Virus record (IMG/VR): IMGVR_UViG_3300005805_000101
Location: 1 to 58,746 of that record
From: a virus
Taxonomy: Duplodnaviria; Caudoviricetes
DNA length: 58,746 nucleotides
Reading direction: 5' to 3' (one strand)
Shown here one piece after another: positions 16,599 through 26,162 of the stretch. The notes under the pieces are model-generated. The model was given only the letters and a program-made list of their open reading frames with translations, had not been told where the DNA came from and searched no databases. Position 1 is the stretch's first letter; every line of letters starts with the position of its first letter. Position numbers and translations under genes: made by a program.

Positions 16599-18329
16599 CT
16601 AAATAGTAGGTGGTGGTACAGGCGGAGTAGATGTGCCCAATGGTGCGCCACTCCAAGTTGATAATGGCACTATATTTTCTTGTGTCACAAAACTTTTCGC
16701 TTGTTCAGATGCAATATTTACCGATGGAGGAACAATAGTTTGTGCATATGCAGTTTGTCCTAAAATAGATGCAGTTGACAATCCTGCTCCTAAATTAGTT
16801 GTTTGATTAGTCCCGGTTAGAAATGCCACAGCGCCGCTTGGTAAATTTGCTGCCGAACTTATACCTTGAGGTAGACCAGTTAATGACTGTGAAGCTGTTT
16901 GCAATGATTCCAATGACTGTGATGACTTTAAAGATTCTTGTTGTTTCCGTACCTGGTCTGATAAAAAATCAAAACTAGGTTGAGGGGTACTTGAGGTAAC
17001 TTCTCCCTTTTTGTTAACATTGAAAACTTGATTAAGAGATCCGCCGGCTAATTTTCCATTAGAGCCAGATACTGCACCTTTAATATTATTAATTAAATTT
17101 TTTCCTGTGTTTGAATTAATAAATGCCCCTGCGGCTATTCCAGTAGCTGCTGCTACTGAAGGTGAAGCGATGCCAGAAATTGCCAATCCGGCTGCTATAC
17201 CAGCACCTGTACCTAGTGCTCCTAAATTAACTGAAGCCCCATTGCTTGTGGCACTACCAGGAAATAAATTTGTTGATCCTGGATTGTTTTGAATTCCCGG
17301 AAAATTATTAGTTGTCAATGAACCCGAAGATGGTATAAAAAATCTGTCTTTAGGGTTTTTACCATTTAAAATATCAGTAGCAGCGGTGAGAAGTTCAGTT
17401 GTCGCCAAATTTCTAAAATCAATATTTTTATTTTTTTCTGATGCTCTTAATAGTGTAAATGCCACTGCTCCATAATTGCCGCCCATGCCTGCTTTAACCA
17501 CACTATCTGCTGCACTTAAAATTCCACCTGGTCCCATGATACTATTTGTACCTCCACCAGCTGGTGTCAAAGGACTAGGAGATTTATCATAATGTAGGTC
17601 AGCAAATCCTCTCACTGTGTTTCTAGTTACATATCCGCTGGCATATAGAACAGTTTCGTAGGCTACTGACATTGTGCATTCTAATCCTTCGCCAGCTGAA
17701 GAATTATGGCTTCCATGACTAAAAGACACAATAGTTGGATTAACTAAGGTATATTCGCTGAATTTTTTTTGGTGTAGGCTATAAATTCTAATAGCATTTA
17801 TAAATTGCTGTTCGTTTTGTGAATCAAAACTACGAGGACTGTATCCAAACTTATTCAATAAATTTCTTTGTGTATCACTGTATAATGAAGGAGCATGCAT
17901 AACCGGATTAATTTGCCCACTTGAACTACTATATCCTATATCCAAATCTCTATAATAGTAAGTAAGGTAATCATACCAAAAACCTCTAATGACATTGGCC
18001 ATATCATCATGAAAGGTTATATTAACATCGTTATAGTTAATTTTTGTTTGTACAACATTAGGTCTGTTGTACTCATTCATGGTCTTGTTTTGTACACTAA
18101 ATTTTGGTAAGTCCACTGCTTTGACTAGCATTCCGTGTTCAACTAATCTGTTGCTATCTCTAATTTTTGTTAGTTGTGGATTGATGTCAAAAAAGACATG
18201 ATAAATCCAACTTGACTTAGGACTTAATCTAAAATTATTGTCAACAAAAAGTCGCGAGGCATGTCTAAAATCTTTAATTTGATCGCCACGTGCTATTTGT
18301 TTAAAAAAGTTGTTAAATATATCTGCCAT
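16599..18329 (-). CDS. Tail tube-fold baseplate/tube initiator protein (gp48/gp54-like) with long low-complexity extension
   Basis: LVKAVDLPKF...NEYNR..VQTKINY.DV.ITFHDD and EYTLVNP.I.SF.H...C.M...YE resemble gp19-fold proteins; directly downstream of the tube gene. Confidence 0.65.
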   Translation of the reverse strand: MADIFNNFFKQIARGDQIKDFRHASRLFVDNNFRLSPKSSWIYHVFFDINPQLTKIRDSNRLVEHGMLVKAVDLPKFSVQNKTMNEYNRPNVVQTKINYNDVNITFHDDMANVIRGFWYDYLTYYYRDLDIGYSSSSGQINPVMHAPSLYSDTQRNLLNKFGYSPRSFDSQNEQQFINAIRIYSLHQKKFSEYTLVNPTIVSFSHGSHNSSAGEGLECTMSVAYETVLYASGYVTRNTVRGFADLHYDKSPSPLTPAGGGTNSIMGPGGILSAADSVVKAGMGGNYGAVAFTLLRASEKNKNIDFRNLATTELLTAATDILNGKNPKDRFFIPSSGSLTTNNFPGIQNNPGSTNLFPGSATSNGASVNLGALGTGAGIAAGLAISGIASPSVAAATGIAAGAFINSNTGKNLINNIKGAVSGSNGKLAGGSLNQVFNVNKKGEVTSSTPQPSFDFLSDQVRKQQESLKSSQSLESLQTASQSLTGLPQGISSAANLPSGAVAFLTGTNQTTNLGAGLSTASILGQTAYAQTIVPPSVNIASEQAKSFVTQENIVPLSTWSGAPLGTSTPPVPPPTI

Positions 18330-18353
18330 AGTATTCTTTTAGATATTTATTCC

Positions 18354-18379
18354 AAAAAAATACCCGGCTAGACCGGGTA
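18354..18379 (-). terminator. Rho-independent terminator after the tail tube gene
   Basis: Stem TACCCGG/CCGGGTA with 5-nt loop, followed on the minus strand by T7. Confidence 0.8.
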
Positions 18380-18401
18380 CTTAAAATTAAACTAATTTTA
18401 A

Positions 18402-19019
18402 TTAACCTGTAACTACAGTCCCTAACGTACGACCAACTGCTGTACCAATTCCAGTTCCAATTGGTGATTGGATTGCGTTGTCATAGGTTACGGTCAGTGT
18501 TATCATTGCTGGCTCACTGGTACCGTAATTCATTTCGCCATAATTGACTTGATTAACAAATGCACCATACAATTCCCATGTTTCTAATATATTAGGTTGA
18601 TTGGCACCATTGCCACCGTCGAGCATTTCAAATTTTAGTACAAACTTGTAATCAATACCTGAACTAGCAGATGCCTGTTCAGCAAAGTCAAATTGCTTTT
18701 GAATTTGCTCGCCTACTAACTTAGATACATTACCGCCGGCATCGTCACGTAAATTAACAGTAACAGGTTCCCAACTTGGTTTGCCAACTAAGTTAACTTT
18801 ACTGTTATATGCTTCGATTACAAACGGATTAAAATTTAAATTAGGTCTGCTGATGTCGCTAACTTGCTTTGTAAGTTCAACTCTATCAGTACTCACGCCA
18901 AAATTTTCAAATATCGCACGAAAACGATATTTAAGTTTAGGCATTAGCAAACCTTGTGTGCTAGCACTTTGGTTTGTTGCTAATGGTACTGTAAATTTTG
19001 TTAATGAGGCTATTGCCAT
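18402..19019 (-). CDS. gp19: Tail tube protein (T4 gp19-like)
   Basis: LMPKLKYRFR, RPNL.F, GKPSWEPVTVNLRDD, ETWELYGAF...NYG.MNY..SEP..ITLTVTYDNA; follows the sheath gene. Confidence 0.88.
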   Translation of the reverse strand: MAIASLTKFTVPLATNQSASTQGLLMPKLKYRFRAIFENFGVSTDRVELTKQVSDISRPNLNFNPFVIEAYNSKVNLVGKPSWEPVTVNLRDDAGGNVSKLVGEQIQKQFDFAEQASASSGIDYKFVLKFEMLDGGNGANQPNILETWELYGAFVNQVNYGEMNYGTSEPAMITLTVTYDNAIQSPIGTGIGTAVGRTLGTVVTG

Positions 19020-19060
19020 TATATTCTCCTGTTATAGGTATTTACCAAATTTTTATTTGG

Positions 19061-19091
19061 ATATATTAGGATCACCTGGATCCTAATATAT
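19061..19091. promoter_or_regulatory. 13-bp perfect hairpin between the sheath and tube genes
   Basis: ATATATTAGGATC-acctg-GATCCTAATATAT; no U-tract. Confidence 0.6.
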
Positions 19092-19098
19092 ACCCATA

Positions 19099-22000
19099 TT
19101 ATACTCCTGCTGCAATATCACCTGGGTTCTTTAAGCGAATTGGGATATAGATAAATTCCACCGCTTTAACTGGTTCAATTGCTATGTCTACATAAAGTTC
19201 ATTTCTAGCAATACGTGTTGGTGTATTATTAGTTTCGTCGCAAATTACTAGATAATCGTATACACCTCGTTTGGCTACTAGATCATTAATTGCTCCACTA
19301 ATAATATTAGCGATTTGGTCTCTGGTTATTTTGTCATTTGGTTCAAACAAGAATCCATTACCTACACTAGCAAATATTGTACGTAGGTAATTAACTAACC
19401 GTGCAACATTAATACGATCTAAAGAACTTGCAGTTGGATTGCGAGTTTTTTGTCCCCATACAACTAATCCAACACCTGGTAAGTTTGTAATTGGATTTAT
19501 TCTATTTTCATACAAAGTATCTCGCAGTCCGACTCTAATACTATTAAATTCAAACTCTCCTGTTGCGGCATTTATATACCCTATACTGCTTGCGTTATCT
19601 ACTAAGCCTCGTCGTGTGCCAGCTGGTGCAAACCATGGATAAGCAACATTGTCGTTGTTTATCATGGTTCTCAATGCCATATGACTTGCAGGAACCACTA
19701 CGTCATTTCCTTGTAAATCGCTAGCCTTACCGCATGGATAATAAACTGCAAGATAAGGGTCAGCAGTGGCCAATCCATCACCATTGGTGTTATTACTCCA
19801 ATTTGCAATATCTACTGCATTAGGTGCTAATCTCATTGGCGTATCTCCAATGACGAATGCCGTATTAGAGCGATCATTGTTTAAAGCAACCATTTCATCA
19901 ATGACCTCTGGATAACCCGGAGCACATATGATGTTAAACGCAAATTGATCTTCACGAATTTCTGTATTAGCAATCAATGCAGCCTGCATGGCCGCTGTAA
20001 TCATACGACGCTGTGCTTGACGACCCATATATGGACTACCGTTGTCCTTGAGTCCACTAGCTGTTTGCCATGTATCAGTTACTGATGGTAACGATGAATC
20101 TGCACCTGGTACTGTAGGTGGATCTGGATAATTCGTTGCACTAAATTTATTACTTACATAACGCTTTACATTAAATCCACTTCTACGTGTATTAAATAAC
20201 AATATTCCACGTGGATAAAGTCTATGGTCAGGTGCATCTTGGTCTATATAGTCATTATACAATAAACCTGTTTGTGTTGTAGCATCAGCAATAGTTGGTA
20301 GTGAATCTACAATAATATCGGTAGTTCCATCTCCATCCCAACGTGCGTCAGCAAATACGATACCGTTCTGACTAACTTGATCAGTATTGTCGATTAGAAT
20401 CCAATTGGTACCGTTATAACGATAAAGCACAGGATAGTTTTCTAAATCACCAGAGTCTAACCAAATATCACCTGCTGCTAGTGCAGTTAATCCATCGCTT
20501 TGTGTTTCAGGTTGGCTTGCACTTACAATTACACCTCCTGGATCTGTTACAGACAAATCATAACCACGAGCATCGGTGGTGCTTCCATCATAATATGAGC
20601 TCTTATAAGCTTTCCACCCGGTGGTTTCCTTTATCATGATATCTACCGCAGTAGCATCACCATAATACCATAATCTTCCTTCATCCGGCGGATCATATGG
20701 CTCCGACACACTTATATAATAACCATTCGCAAATACTTCCCAATTGGTTAGTGCCAATGCATTGTCAGCTGTGTAATAGATAGTTCCTGCTGTATTAACA
20801 TTAAATCCGGCATCAGCAGTTGGGGTTCCTGATGCATCGGTTAAATAGATATCGCCACCATATAAGTGTGTAAATGTTATGATTCCATTTGAAGCGGTAA
20901 CATTTAGTTCTGCTATATTAGCTGCTAAAACATCGGTAATAAAGCTCTCGATTGTTGAACCACTTAGAGTAATACCAACTCCGGTAACGTTTAATTCTGC
21001 TGTTCCAATTTGTGTGGTAACAATATTAATCACATCACCTGGTGTAAACGGGGTAGCTGATAAGGTGCTTCCACTTACAATAGTTTGTCCTGCAACTCTT
21101 CTTCTATAAGGTCTATATCCGCCGGTATCTGTTTGTAAAGAATCGTATGCGATCCAAGTCGTTCCAGCCGCGATACCATTTCCTCCACCTGCGGGATCTA
21201 ATCCATATAAAGCATCATATGGGTGTGCAAAAAATTCTGTAGCCAGAGTAGTCCATGCAGCAGCTGAGCTGGAATATTTTTTTAGCACTAAATCTGCACC
21301 GCTTCCGGTAGCACCGTATTTTAAAAACACAGAACCGCTTGGTCTAGGAGCTAAATCAAAACTATTCCAACTCGGAATATCTACAAACGTTCCATAAGTT
21401 AACTTGGGAATGTTATAAGTACCCGCAGTCAATCCTAAGGTTGTTAAGACCGATCCGTTTCCGCCTGGATCTCCGGCGGCAATTACTATAGCGTCGTTAG
21501 TAGCTGCGTTTGTTGCATATAAATGCAATTTATTACTAACAATACCTGCTGTAACACCAGTAATATTTGCTGCATTGATATCATTTCTGATATCGGTTAA
21601 AGTTCTTGTACCAGTTGTGCTTCCTATTTGTACTGTTGATCCATTGATAACGATTGAAGCAGCAGGAGTACTAGAGGTAATACTTGGACTTGTCACTGTA
21701 CCTTTTACTGTCGGCCATGATCCTTCCCACGCTGTGGTTCCTAATCTTGTCCAAATATTATATTTTGCATCAGTTGTAGGAAGATTTGCCCCTGCTTTGT
21801 AAAACATGAGTGCATGAGTTCCTGTAAAACAAATCGCATATTGTCCAATTTGTCCAATGCTAGAATTTGGCACGTTCACGCCGCCGCTCAAAGTGTAATC
21901 GTCGCTCGATAATACCAATAATGGTGCTTTGAGTGTAAATGCGCCGTTGACTGCATCCCATTCGTTGATACCCCATGCAGTTTCTGCTAGATCTAACCAA

Positions 22001-22401
22001 TAAGAATTATTTGCCAATGCTCCTACCGGGCGAACACTAGTTGCTTCTAGCTGACTTAAATCAATATCAGCACGAATAGCAAAAATTTTATTAACGCTTC
22101 CCAAGGCACTGTATGCTGCCATTAATCCATATTCATTACGTTCATCACCGTGTAAAGGAGTACCAGCCGCACTTTGCTGAAACGTTGGGTATCCCATTGC
22201 AGTGATTAATTCTCTTTGACTTGTGTATGATAATAGTTTTCCGGCTCTGGATGCTACTGTATCAGCTGCTGAAGTTCCAGACGGATTAGTTTTGTCCTGG
22301 GCAGTTGCCATTATAACTAACGGGACTGTTCCAACTGCACCTGGAACATATTGTGATTCATCGGTTACTGTAATTTGTAAACCTGGAGATACTAGTGCCA
22401 T
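19099..22401 (-). CDS. gp18: Tail sheath protein (T4 gp18-like), enlarged to 1100 aa
   Basis: MALVSPGLQITVTDES N-terminus; C-terminal YPWFAPAG.RRG, RDTLYENRINPI, WGQKT, LDRINVARL, FEPND..TR, CDETNNTP..I.RNEL.VDIAIEPVKAVEFIYI. Confidence 0.96.
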   Translation of the reverse strand: MALVSPGLQITVTDESQYVPGAVGTVPLVIMATAQDKTNPSGTSAADTVASRAGKLLSYTSQRELITAMGYPTFQQSAAGTPLHGDERNEYGLMAAYSALGSVNKIFAIRADIDLSQLEATSVRPVGALANNSYWLDLAETAWGINEWDAVNGAFTLKAPLLVLSSDDYTLSGGVNVPNSSIGQIGQYAICFTGTHALMFYKAGANLPTTDAKYNIWTRLGTTAWEGSWPTVKGTVTSPSITSSTPAASIVINGSTVQIGSTTGTRTLTDIRNDINAANITGVTAGIVSNKLHLYATNAATNDAIVIAAGDPGGNGSVLTTLGLTAGTYNIPKLTYGTFVDIPSWNSFDLAPRPSGSVFLKYGATGSGADLVLKKYSSSAAAWTTLATEFFAHPYDALYGLDPAGGGNGIAAGTTWIAYDSLQTDTGGYRPYRRRVAGQTIVSGSTLSATPFTPGDVINIVTTQIGTAELNVTGVGITLSGSTIESFITDVLAANIAELNVTASNGIITFTHLYGGDIYLTDASGTPTADAGFNVNTAGTIYYTADNALALTNWEVFANGYYISVSEPYDPPDEGRLWYYGDATAVDIMIKETTGWKAYKSSYYDGSTTDARGYDLSVTDPGGVIVSASQPETQSDGLTALAAGDIWLDSGDLENYPVLYRYNGTNWILIDNTDQVSQNGIVFADARWDGDGTTDIIVDSLPTIADATTQTGLLYNDYIDQDAPDHRLYPRGILLFNTRRSGFNVKRYVSNKFSATNYPDPPTVPGADSSLPSVTDTWQTASGLKDNGSPYMGRQAQRRMITAAMQAALIANTEIREDQFAFNIICAPGYPEVIDEMVALNNDRSNTAFVIGDTPMRLAPNAVDIANWSNNTNGDGLATADPYLAVYYPCGKASDLQGNDVVVPASHMALRTMINNDNVAYPWFAPAGTRRGLVDNASSIGYINAATGEFEFNSIRVGLRDTLYENRINPITNLPGVGLVVWGQKTRNPTASSLDRINVARLVNYLRTIFASVGNGFLFEPNDKITRDQIANIISGAINDLVAKRGVYDYLVICDETNNTPTRIARNELYVDIAIEPVKAVEFIYIPIRLKNPGDIAAGV

Positions 22402-22487
22402 GTTTTTTTCCTTTAAGAAACATTTTCTAATATTTATTAAAAGGATAGTATTTTAGCTTGTTTAGCAGGTGCCTTTAAAGGTCTATA

Positions 22488-22495
22488 TATAAATA
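22488..22495 (+). promoter_or_regulatory. T4-type late promoter TATAAATA
   Basis: Exact TATAAATA 4 nt upstream of the GTG at 22500; a divergent TAAATA for the sheath lies at 22436-22431. Confidence 0.65.
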
Positions 22496-22499
22496 CTGG

Positions 22500-22850
22500 G
22501 TGAATAGACCTTTTTGTACGTCATGCGGAGAGCATCCTGCTTCTATAAACTATATAAGACAGGATAAGGTTCATTATAGATCCAAATGTGCTGCTTGCCT
22601 AAGAAAAGTAAAAAAAGAAAAGCCAGTGCCGCCCAGCTGGGTACGTTCTGGTTACAAGAAAAAAAGTCAGTGTGATCGATGCAATTTTGTTGCTACCAAT
22701 TTAAAAACTCAAATGCGAGTGTATTATGTTGATGGCAATTTACAAAATAATAATTGGAGTAATTTGACTACTATTTGTTTAAACTGTCAGTCTATTATAC
22801 AAGAATCAAAAATTAGCTGGAAGCCTGCTGACTTAGTAGCAGATTATTAA
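22500..22850 (+). CDS. Zn-binding protein with degenerate HNH fold
   Basis: Four CxxC pairs; YYVDGNLQNNNWSNLTTICLNCQ matches the HNH pattern HHxDGNxxNNxxxNLxxLCxNCH but lacks the His residues. Confidence 0.65.
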   Translation: MNRPFCTSCGEHPASINYIRQDKVHYRSKCAACLRKVKKEKPVPPSWVRSGYKKKSQCDRCNFVATNLKTQMRVYYVDGNLQNNNWSNLTTICLNCQSIIQESKISWKPADLVADY

Positions 22851-23472
22851 CCTGCGAATACAGTTCATCTACAGTTCCGTTGTTGTCAATTTCATAATTA
22901 AACGTTTGTCCAATCCAAGCCCATTCACTGTGATGCACTCGAGGATACCGCTGAGGCATAAGTTGTCCAGCATCTTCTAGCAGCCATTGTCGATCTTCCG
23001 GTGTGGTATTTTCTCTAAGAGCACAATCATACCACTTAGGTAATTCACCACGTTTTACCCATAAACACATACCTCCGTGTTTTCTTATCGCAGCTATTTC
23101 GTTAGGGAATCTTACATCACTGATAACTATATCTTCTGTGGTTTTACGTAGTCTGTTTTCTAAGCTGGCTATCCAGATATCGTTATGGAACCCGCGGCGA
23201 CAAACTTCGGTTCCCCATAGCTGTAGCATATAGCGTGGGGTAAGACTAGGCATATCTAGTCTTTTTGACCACCATGGATCTACTTGTTCACGCCATTCTC
23301 TCGCTTCGGGTGTAAGTCCTTCTAGTAATTCGCGATCCCATCCAAATACTTTTGCAACTGCATCTTTGAGTGTTACAGCAAAACTGTCCCTTACAAATCC
23401 ATGTTTTGCAACAAGATAGTTTGCAACTGTGTCTTTGCCAGATCCTATAAAACCAGTTATACCAATGATCAT
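22813..23472 (-). CDS. gp1: Deoxynucleoside monophosphate kinase (T4 gp1-like)
   Basis: IIGITGFIGSGKDT P-loop, TPRYMLQLWGTEVCR, VISDVRFPNE, H.SE, IDNNGT. Confidence 0.92.
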   Translation of the reverse strand: MIIGITGFIGSGKDTVANYLVAKHGFVRDSFAVTLKDAVAKVFGWDRELLEGLTPEAREWREQVDPWWSKRLDMPSLTPRYMLQLWGTEVCRRGFHNDIWIASLENRLRKTTEDIVISDVRFPNEIAAIRKHGGMCLWVKRGELPKWYDCALRENTTPEDRQWLLEDAGQLMPQRYPRVHHSEWAWIGQTFNYEIDNNGTVDELYSQVNNLLLSQQASS

Positions 23473-23496
23473 AAAAAATGCTCCTTACGGAGCATT
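23473..23496 (-). terminator. Terminator-like hairpin containing the dNMP kinase RBS
   Basis: Minus strand AATGCTCC-GTAA-GGAGCATT-TTTT-ATG; GNRA loop; the SD AAGGAG lies in the loop and 3' arm. Confidence 0.7.
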
Positions 23497-23522
23497 ATAT
23501 TGTAGTTACAGTTTAAAGTCAA
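23494..23522 (-). promoter_or_regulatory. Sigma70 consensus promoter for dNMP kinase
   Basis: TTGACT(23522-23517)-17 nt-TATAAT(23499-23494). Confidence 0.8.
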
Positions 23523-23896
23523 ATACCGTATTTGTTCTTTTTACGGACAGCGACCACACTTGATTTATTAATAGTAGGGCCTTCTTGACTGCGATTATCG
23601 CCTTTATTCATATCGGTGTATTCGGCATTAACTGCTTTGTATGCTTTTTTAAACATATCGTGCTCGATGTCTGAATATGGATGAGCAGTTTTCCAACGTC
23701 CTACCCACGACTCGGAATCCATGTCAGGATCTTTTTTGCCATCTGTACTGGCCAAGGCCAACCCTAATCTGTATTGGGTGTAATCGGAGTTCCAATGATC
23801 GCCATCGGTAAATTTGTGTAATCCCCTAGTGGCTTGATGTACCCTTTTTGGAATTTTTCCCTTTTTAGCTTCTTGTATGATATCTTTGATCTTCAT
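23519..23896 (-). CDS. Hypothetical protein with MKIKDIIQE leader
   Basis: Probable start ATG 23896 overlapping the gp13 stop (TAATG); ends SVVAVRKKNKYGI. Confidence 0.6.
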   Translation of the reverse strand: MKIKDIIQEAKKGKIPKRVHQATRGLHKFTDGDHWNSDYTQYRLGLALASTDGKKDPDMDSESWVGRWKTAHPYSDIEHDMFKKAYKAVNAEYTDMNKGDNRSQEGPTINKSSVVAVRKKNKYGI

Positions 23897-24816
23897 TATC
23901 CAATTATCCATGTCAAAGGATATGAACCGTCTACAAAATCCTTAAGCTCTTGTTCAAGTGTGGCCATTTCAGTTACTGCTTCCGCTTTCAATGACGCACC
24001 GTTTAGCTGCGTACCGCCTTGTGGGCCAGCAATACTGGCAAATTTTTCTCTAGCCTCACCTAATATGCGTTTAGCAAAAGAATAAGAATACTCTTGAATC
24101 CACGGAAATGCTTGGTGATCATTTAGTAACATGGAATCTGGCTTGTAGTTATATAAATGCAAAAGCACATCTTCCATTTCTCGTTCTTGTTGGTTAGCTC
24201 CAGCAAAAGGAATTTTCCTGATTAAGGTCAATTTTTTTGTTGTTTTATTAAAAGTGAAATTTAAATATCCGCCAAACATTTTCATTGACATTTTTTGATA
24301 ATCAACAAAAAGTTCGTAACTTAACAATCCACCTACACGACCTGCAACTAACATGTAGGTATTCAAATAGCCAGAACTAAAAGGTTCAAATTGACTTGCT
24401 GTAGTACCAGTTACAGAACCAATCCCCCGCCGATAAGCTGCCCTGACTTCCATAACTTCGTTGGGCAGTATATATTCCTGTGTTTCAGGTTTTAATTTTA
24501 AAAATGCGTAAGATTCTTCTTGGCTGTTAGAAGCTCTTTGACGATACTTAATTAGTGCCTGTTTGATCGCTAAATCGTAATGTTCTTTATCTAACTCAAC
24601 ATCAACTAGCCCGTCGGCTAAACGTAATCGAATATAATCGGTAATTTCTTTACGTTTATTAGTTACATTATCAAGTTCCGGTGCTGATATAGAACCTAGA
24701 TCTTCATTGGGATCATATGCAATGTGCCCTGTGCCAGTCCCTGTGTTAGCGTTCCATAAGCTATCTGTGATCATCACGCCATTGGCGTAGTAATTTGTTG
24801 TGTCTGCTGTTGCCAT
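23896..24816 (-). CDS. gp13: Neck protein (T4 gp13-like head-tail adaptor)
   Basis: ITDYIRLRLADGLVDVELD, WIQEYS....K.ILGEAREKF..I.GPQGG.QLNG..LK.EA..E...LEQEL. Confidence 0.82.
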   Translation of the reverse strand: MATADTTNYYANGVMITDSLWNANTGTGTGHIAYDPNEDLGSISAPELDNVTNKRKEITDYIRLRLADGLVDVELDKEHYDLAIKQALIKYRQRASNSQEESYAFLKLKPETQEYILPNEVMEVRAAYRRGIGSVTGTTASQFEPFSSGYLNTYMLVAGRVGGLLSYELFVDYQKMSMKMFGGYLNFTFNKTTKKLTLIRKIPFAGANQQEREMEDVLLHLYNYKPDSMLLNDHQAFPWIQEYSYSFAKRILGEAREKFASIAGPQGGTQLNGASLKAEAVTEMATLEQELKDFVDGSYPLTWIIG

Positions 24817-24856
24817 TAAGGTGTCCTAGTAATGTATTTACCAGAACACCCAGGAC

Positions 24857-26026
24857 TTAGTTGATTCGTAGTAAAATCATGTCAGAGCTAATACGTCCGT
24901 TACCGATTGTTTCTGTAGCTTTGATTTCGTCTAGAAACTTACGTAGCTGCACTTTACTGGCTCGTGCAAACTCTTTGAGTTTTTCTTCGGGTTTACGTAA
25001 AGTTTTACCCACAGATGTAGTAGTGTTAAACCCGGTCAAGCTTGTACCTTTGATACCTAACGGTCCTAGTACGCTATCAGCAACATACTTGTATAGTTTA
25101 CGAGTTTTAGTGTTATAGCACCATAGCTCTTGAGCACCAATAATGTCCACTGGATTGATACTTACTAACTTCAGTGTCTTTTCTTCTTTCATATACTTGA
25201 GCTTGCTGACAAGTTTTTCCTTGTTAGGAGCACGTTTGACACGAGCTTTCTTCTGGGTTTTCTTGACACCGCGATATTGTTCCAGTGCGTCTAGGATAGA
25301 ATCTAAAAAATCGTAATGCCGTTTGTAGTCTGCTGCTTTGTAATGTCGGTACGACTCTACAAAATCATCAAACATTTTAGCCTGTGCCGCACCAAGTTCG
25401 GCTTTGCGGGCACTGAATAATTCTTCAAACTTTTTAATCTGGCTTTGTGGAACAGCATTAGCAACGAGATAGTCGTATGCATGTGGATCCACAGTTCCGC
25501 CCGATACTACTTCATCGTATAAGCCTTCAAAGTATGCAAGATGCTCGCTTGTTTTTTCGTTAAGTCGATCTTGAATTGTTTTAACCGCAGCAGGTGCTAT
25601 TATCTTTTGCTCTATTACTGGTTCGTCTTCAATGTCGCTGTTTAGGGCGATATAAATCTGTTCTTTAATATAATTAAGTTCTTTGTCCCGCAGCGGCATG
25701 CCCTGAGTATGTGCCTTAATAAGACTACATACCTGCATAGAAACGGATCGATCGCTGGTGCGTATAAACCTACTAACTTCTTCCTTACTGTACTTGTCCT
25801 TCATCCAATTAATAACATACTTCTTTAGATCCTTTTGGGTGTAGAAGTAGTTGTAATAAAAGAATGTTTTACGTAGGAAATGATCAAATTCTTCTTGCGA
25901 CATTTTAGCCGCACGTTCTGTATCCCAAACAGGTTCCCTGCCAGTGTACTTTTCATCAGCAAATAAAGGGTCGCGAGTTTTTTTAGGTGCCTTTTTAGGC
26001 GCTTTAACAGATTGTGCAGTTGCCAT
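24857..26026 (-). CDS. Hypothetical protein, probably early-expressed
   Basis: 389-aa ORF with SD AAGGAG and a perfect sigma70 promoter; basic C-terminal domain (LVSINP..IIGA.ELW.YNTKTRKL...KTLRKP). Confidence 0.75.
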   Translation of the reverse strand: MATAQSVKAPKKAPKKTRDPLFADEKYTGREPVWDTERAAKMSQEEFDHFLRKTFFYYNYFYTQKDLKKYVINWMKDKYSKEEVSRFIRTSDRSVSMQVCSLIKAHTQGMPLRDKELNYIKEQIYIALNSDIEDEPVIEQKIIAPAAVKTIQDRLNEKTSEHLAYFEGLYDEVVSGGTVDPHAYDYLVANAVPQSQIKKFEELFSARKAELGAAQAKMFDDFVESYRHYKAADYKRHYDFLDSILDALEQYRGVKKTQKKARVKRAPNKEKLVSKLKYMKEEKTLKLVSINPVDIIGAQELWCYNTKTRKLYKYVADSVLGPLGIKGTSLTGFNTTTSVGKTLRKPEEKLKEFARASKVQLRKFLDEIKATETIGNGRISSDMILLRIN

Positions 26027-26055
26027 GCAGACTCCTTAACTTTGTAATAACTGTA

Positions 26056-26084
26056 ATTATACTATCTTTTGGATTTAATGTCAA
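26056..26084 (-). promoter_or_regulatory. Perfect sigma70 promoter
   Basis: TTGACA(26084-26079)-17 nt-TATAAT(26061-26056). Confidence 0.88.
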
Positions 26085-26087
26085 ATG

Positions 26088-26121
26088 TTGCTATCTTGCT
26101 AAGTTATTGCTATTTTGCTAA
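26088..26121. repeat. 15-bp direct repeat pair (4 x TTGCTA) between divergent promoters
   Basis: TTGCTATCTTGCTAA (26088-26102) and TTGCTATTTTGCTAA (26107-26121). Confidence 0.7.
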
Positions 26122-26162
26122 TCCTACTGCCCGCTAAATACTAGATATTAAGGATTTAGCAA

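Noticed and set aside
16592-16651. Longer start (MAHHWAH...) for the 16409 ORF
   Set aside because: It overlaps the upstream gene; ATG 16591 has an SD and fits the gap.
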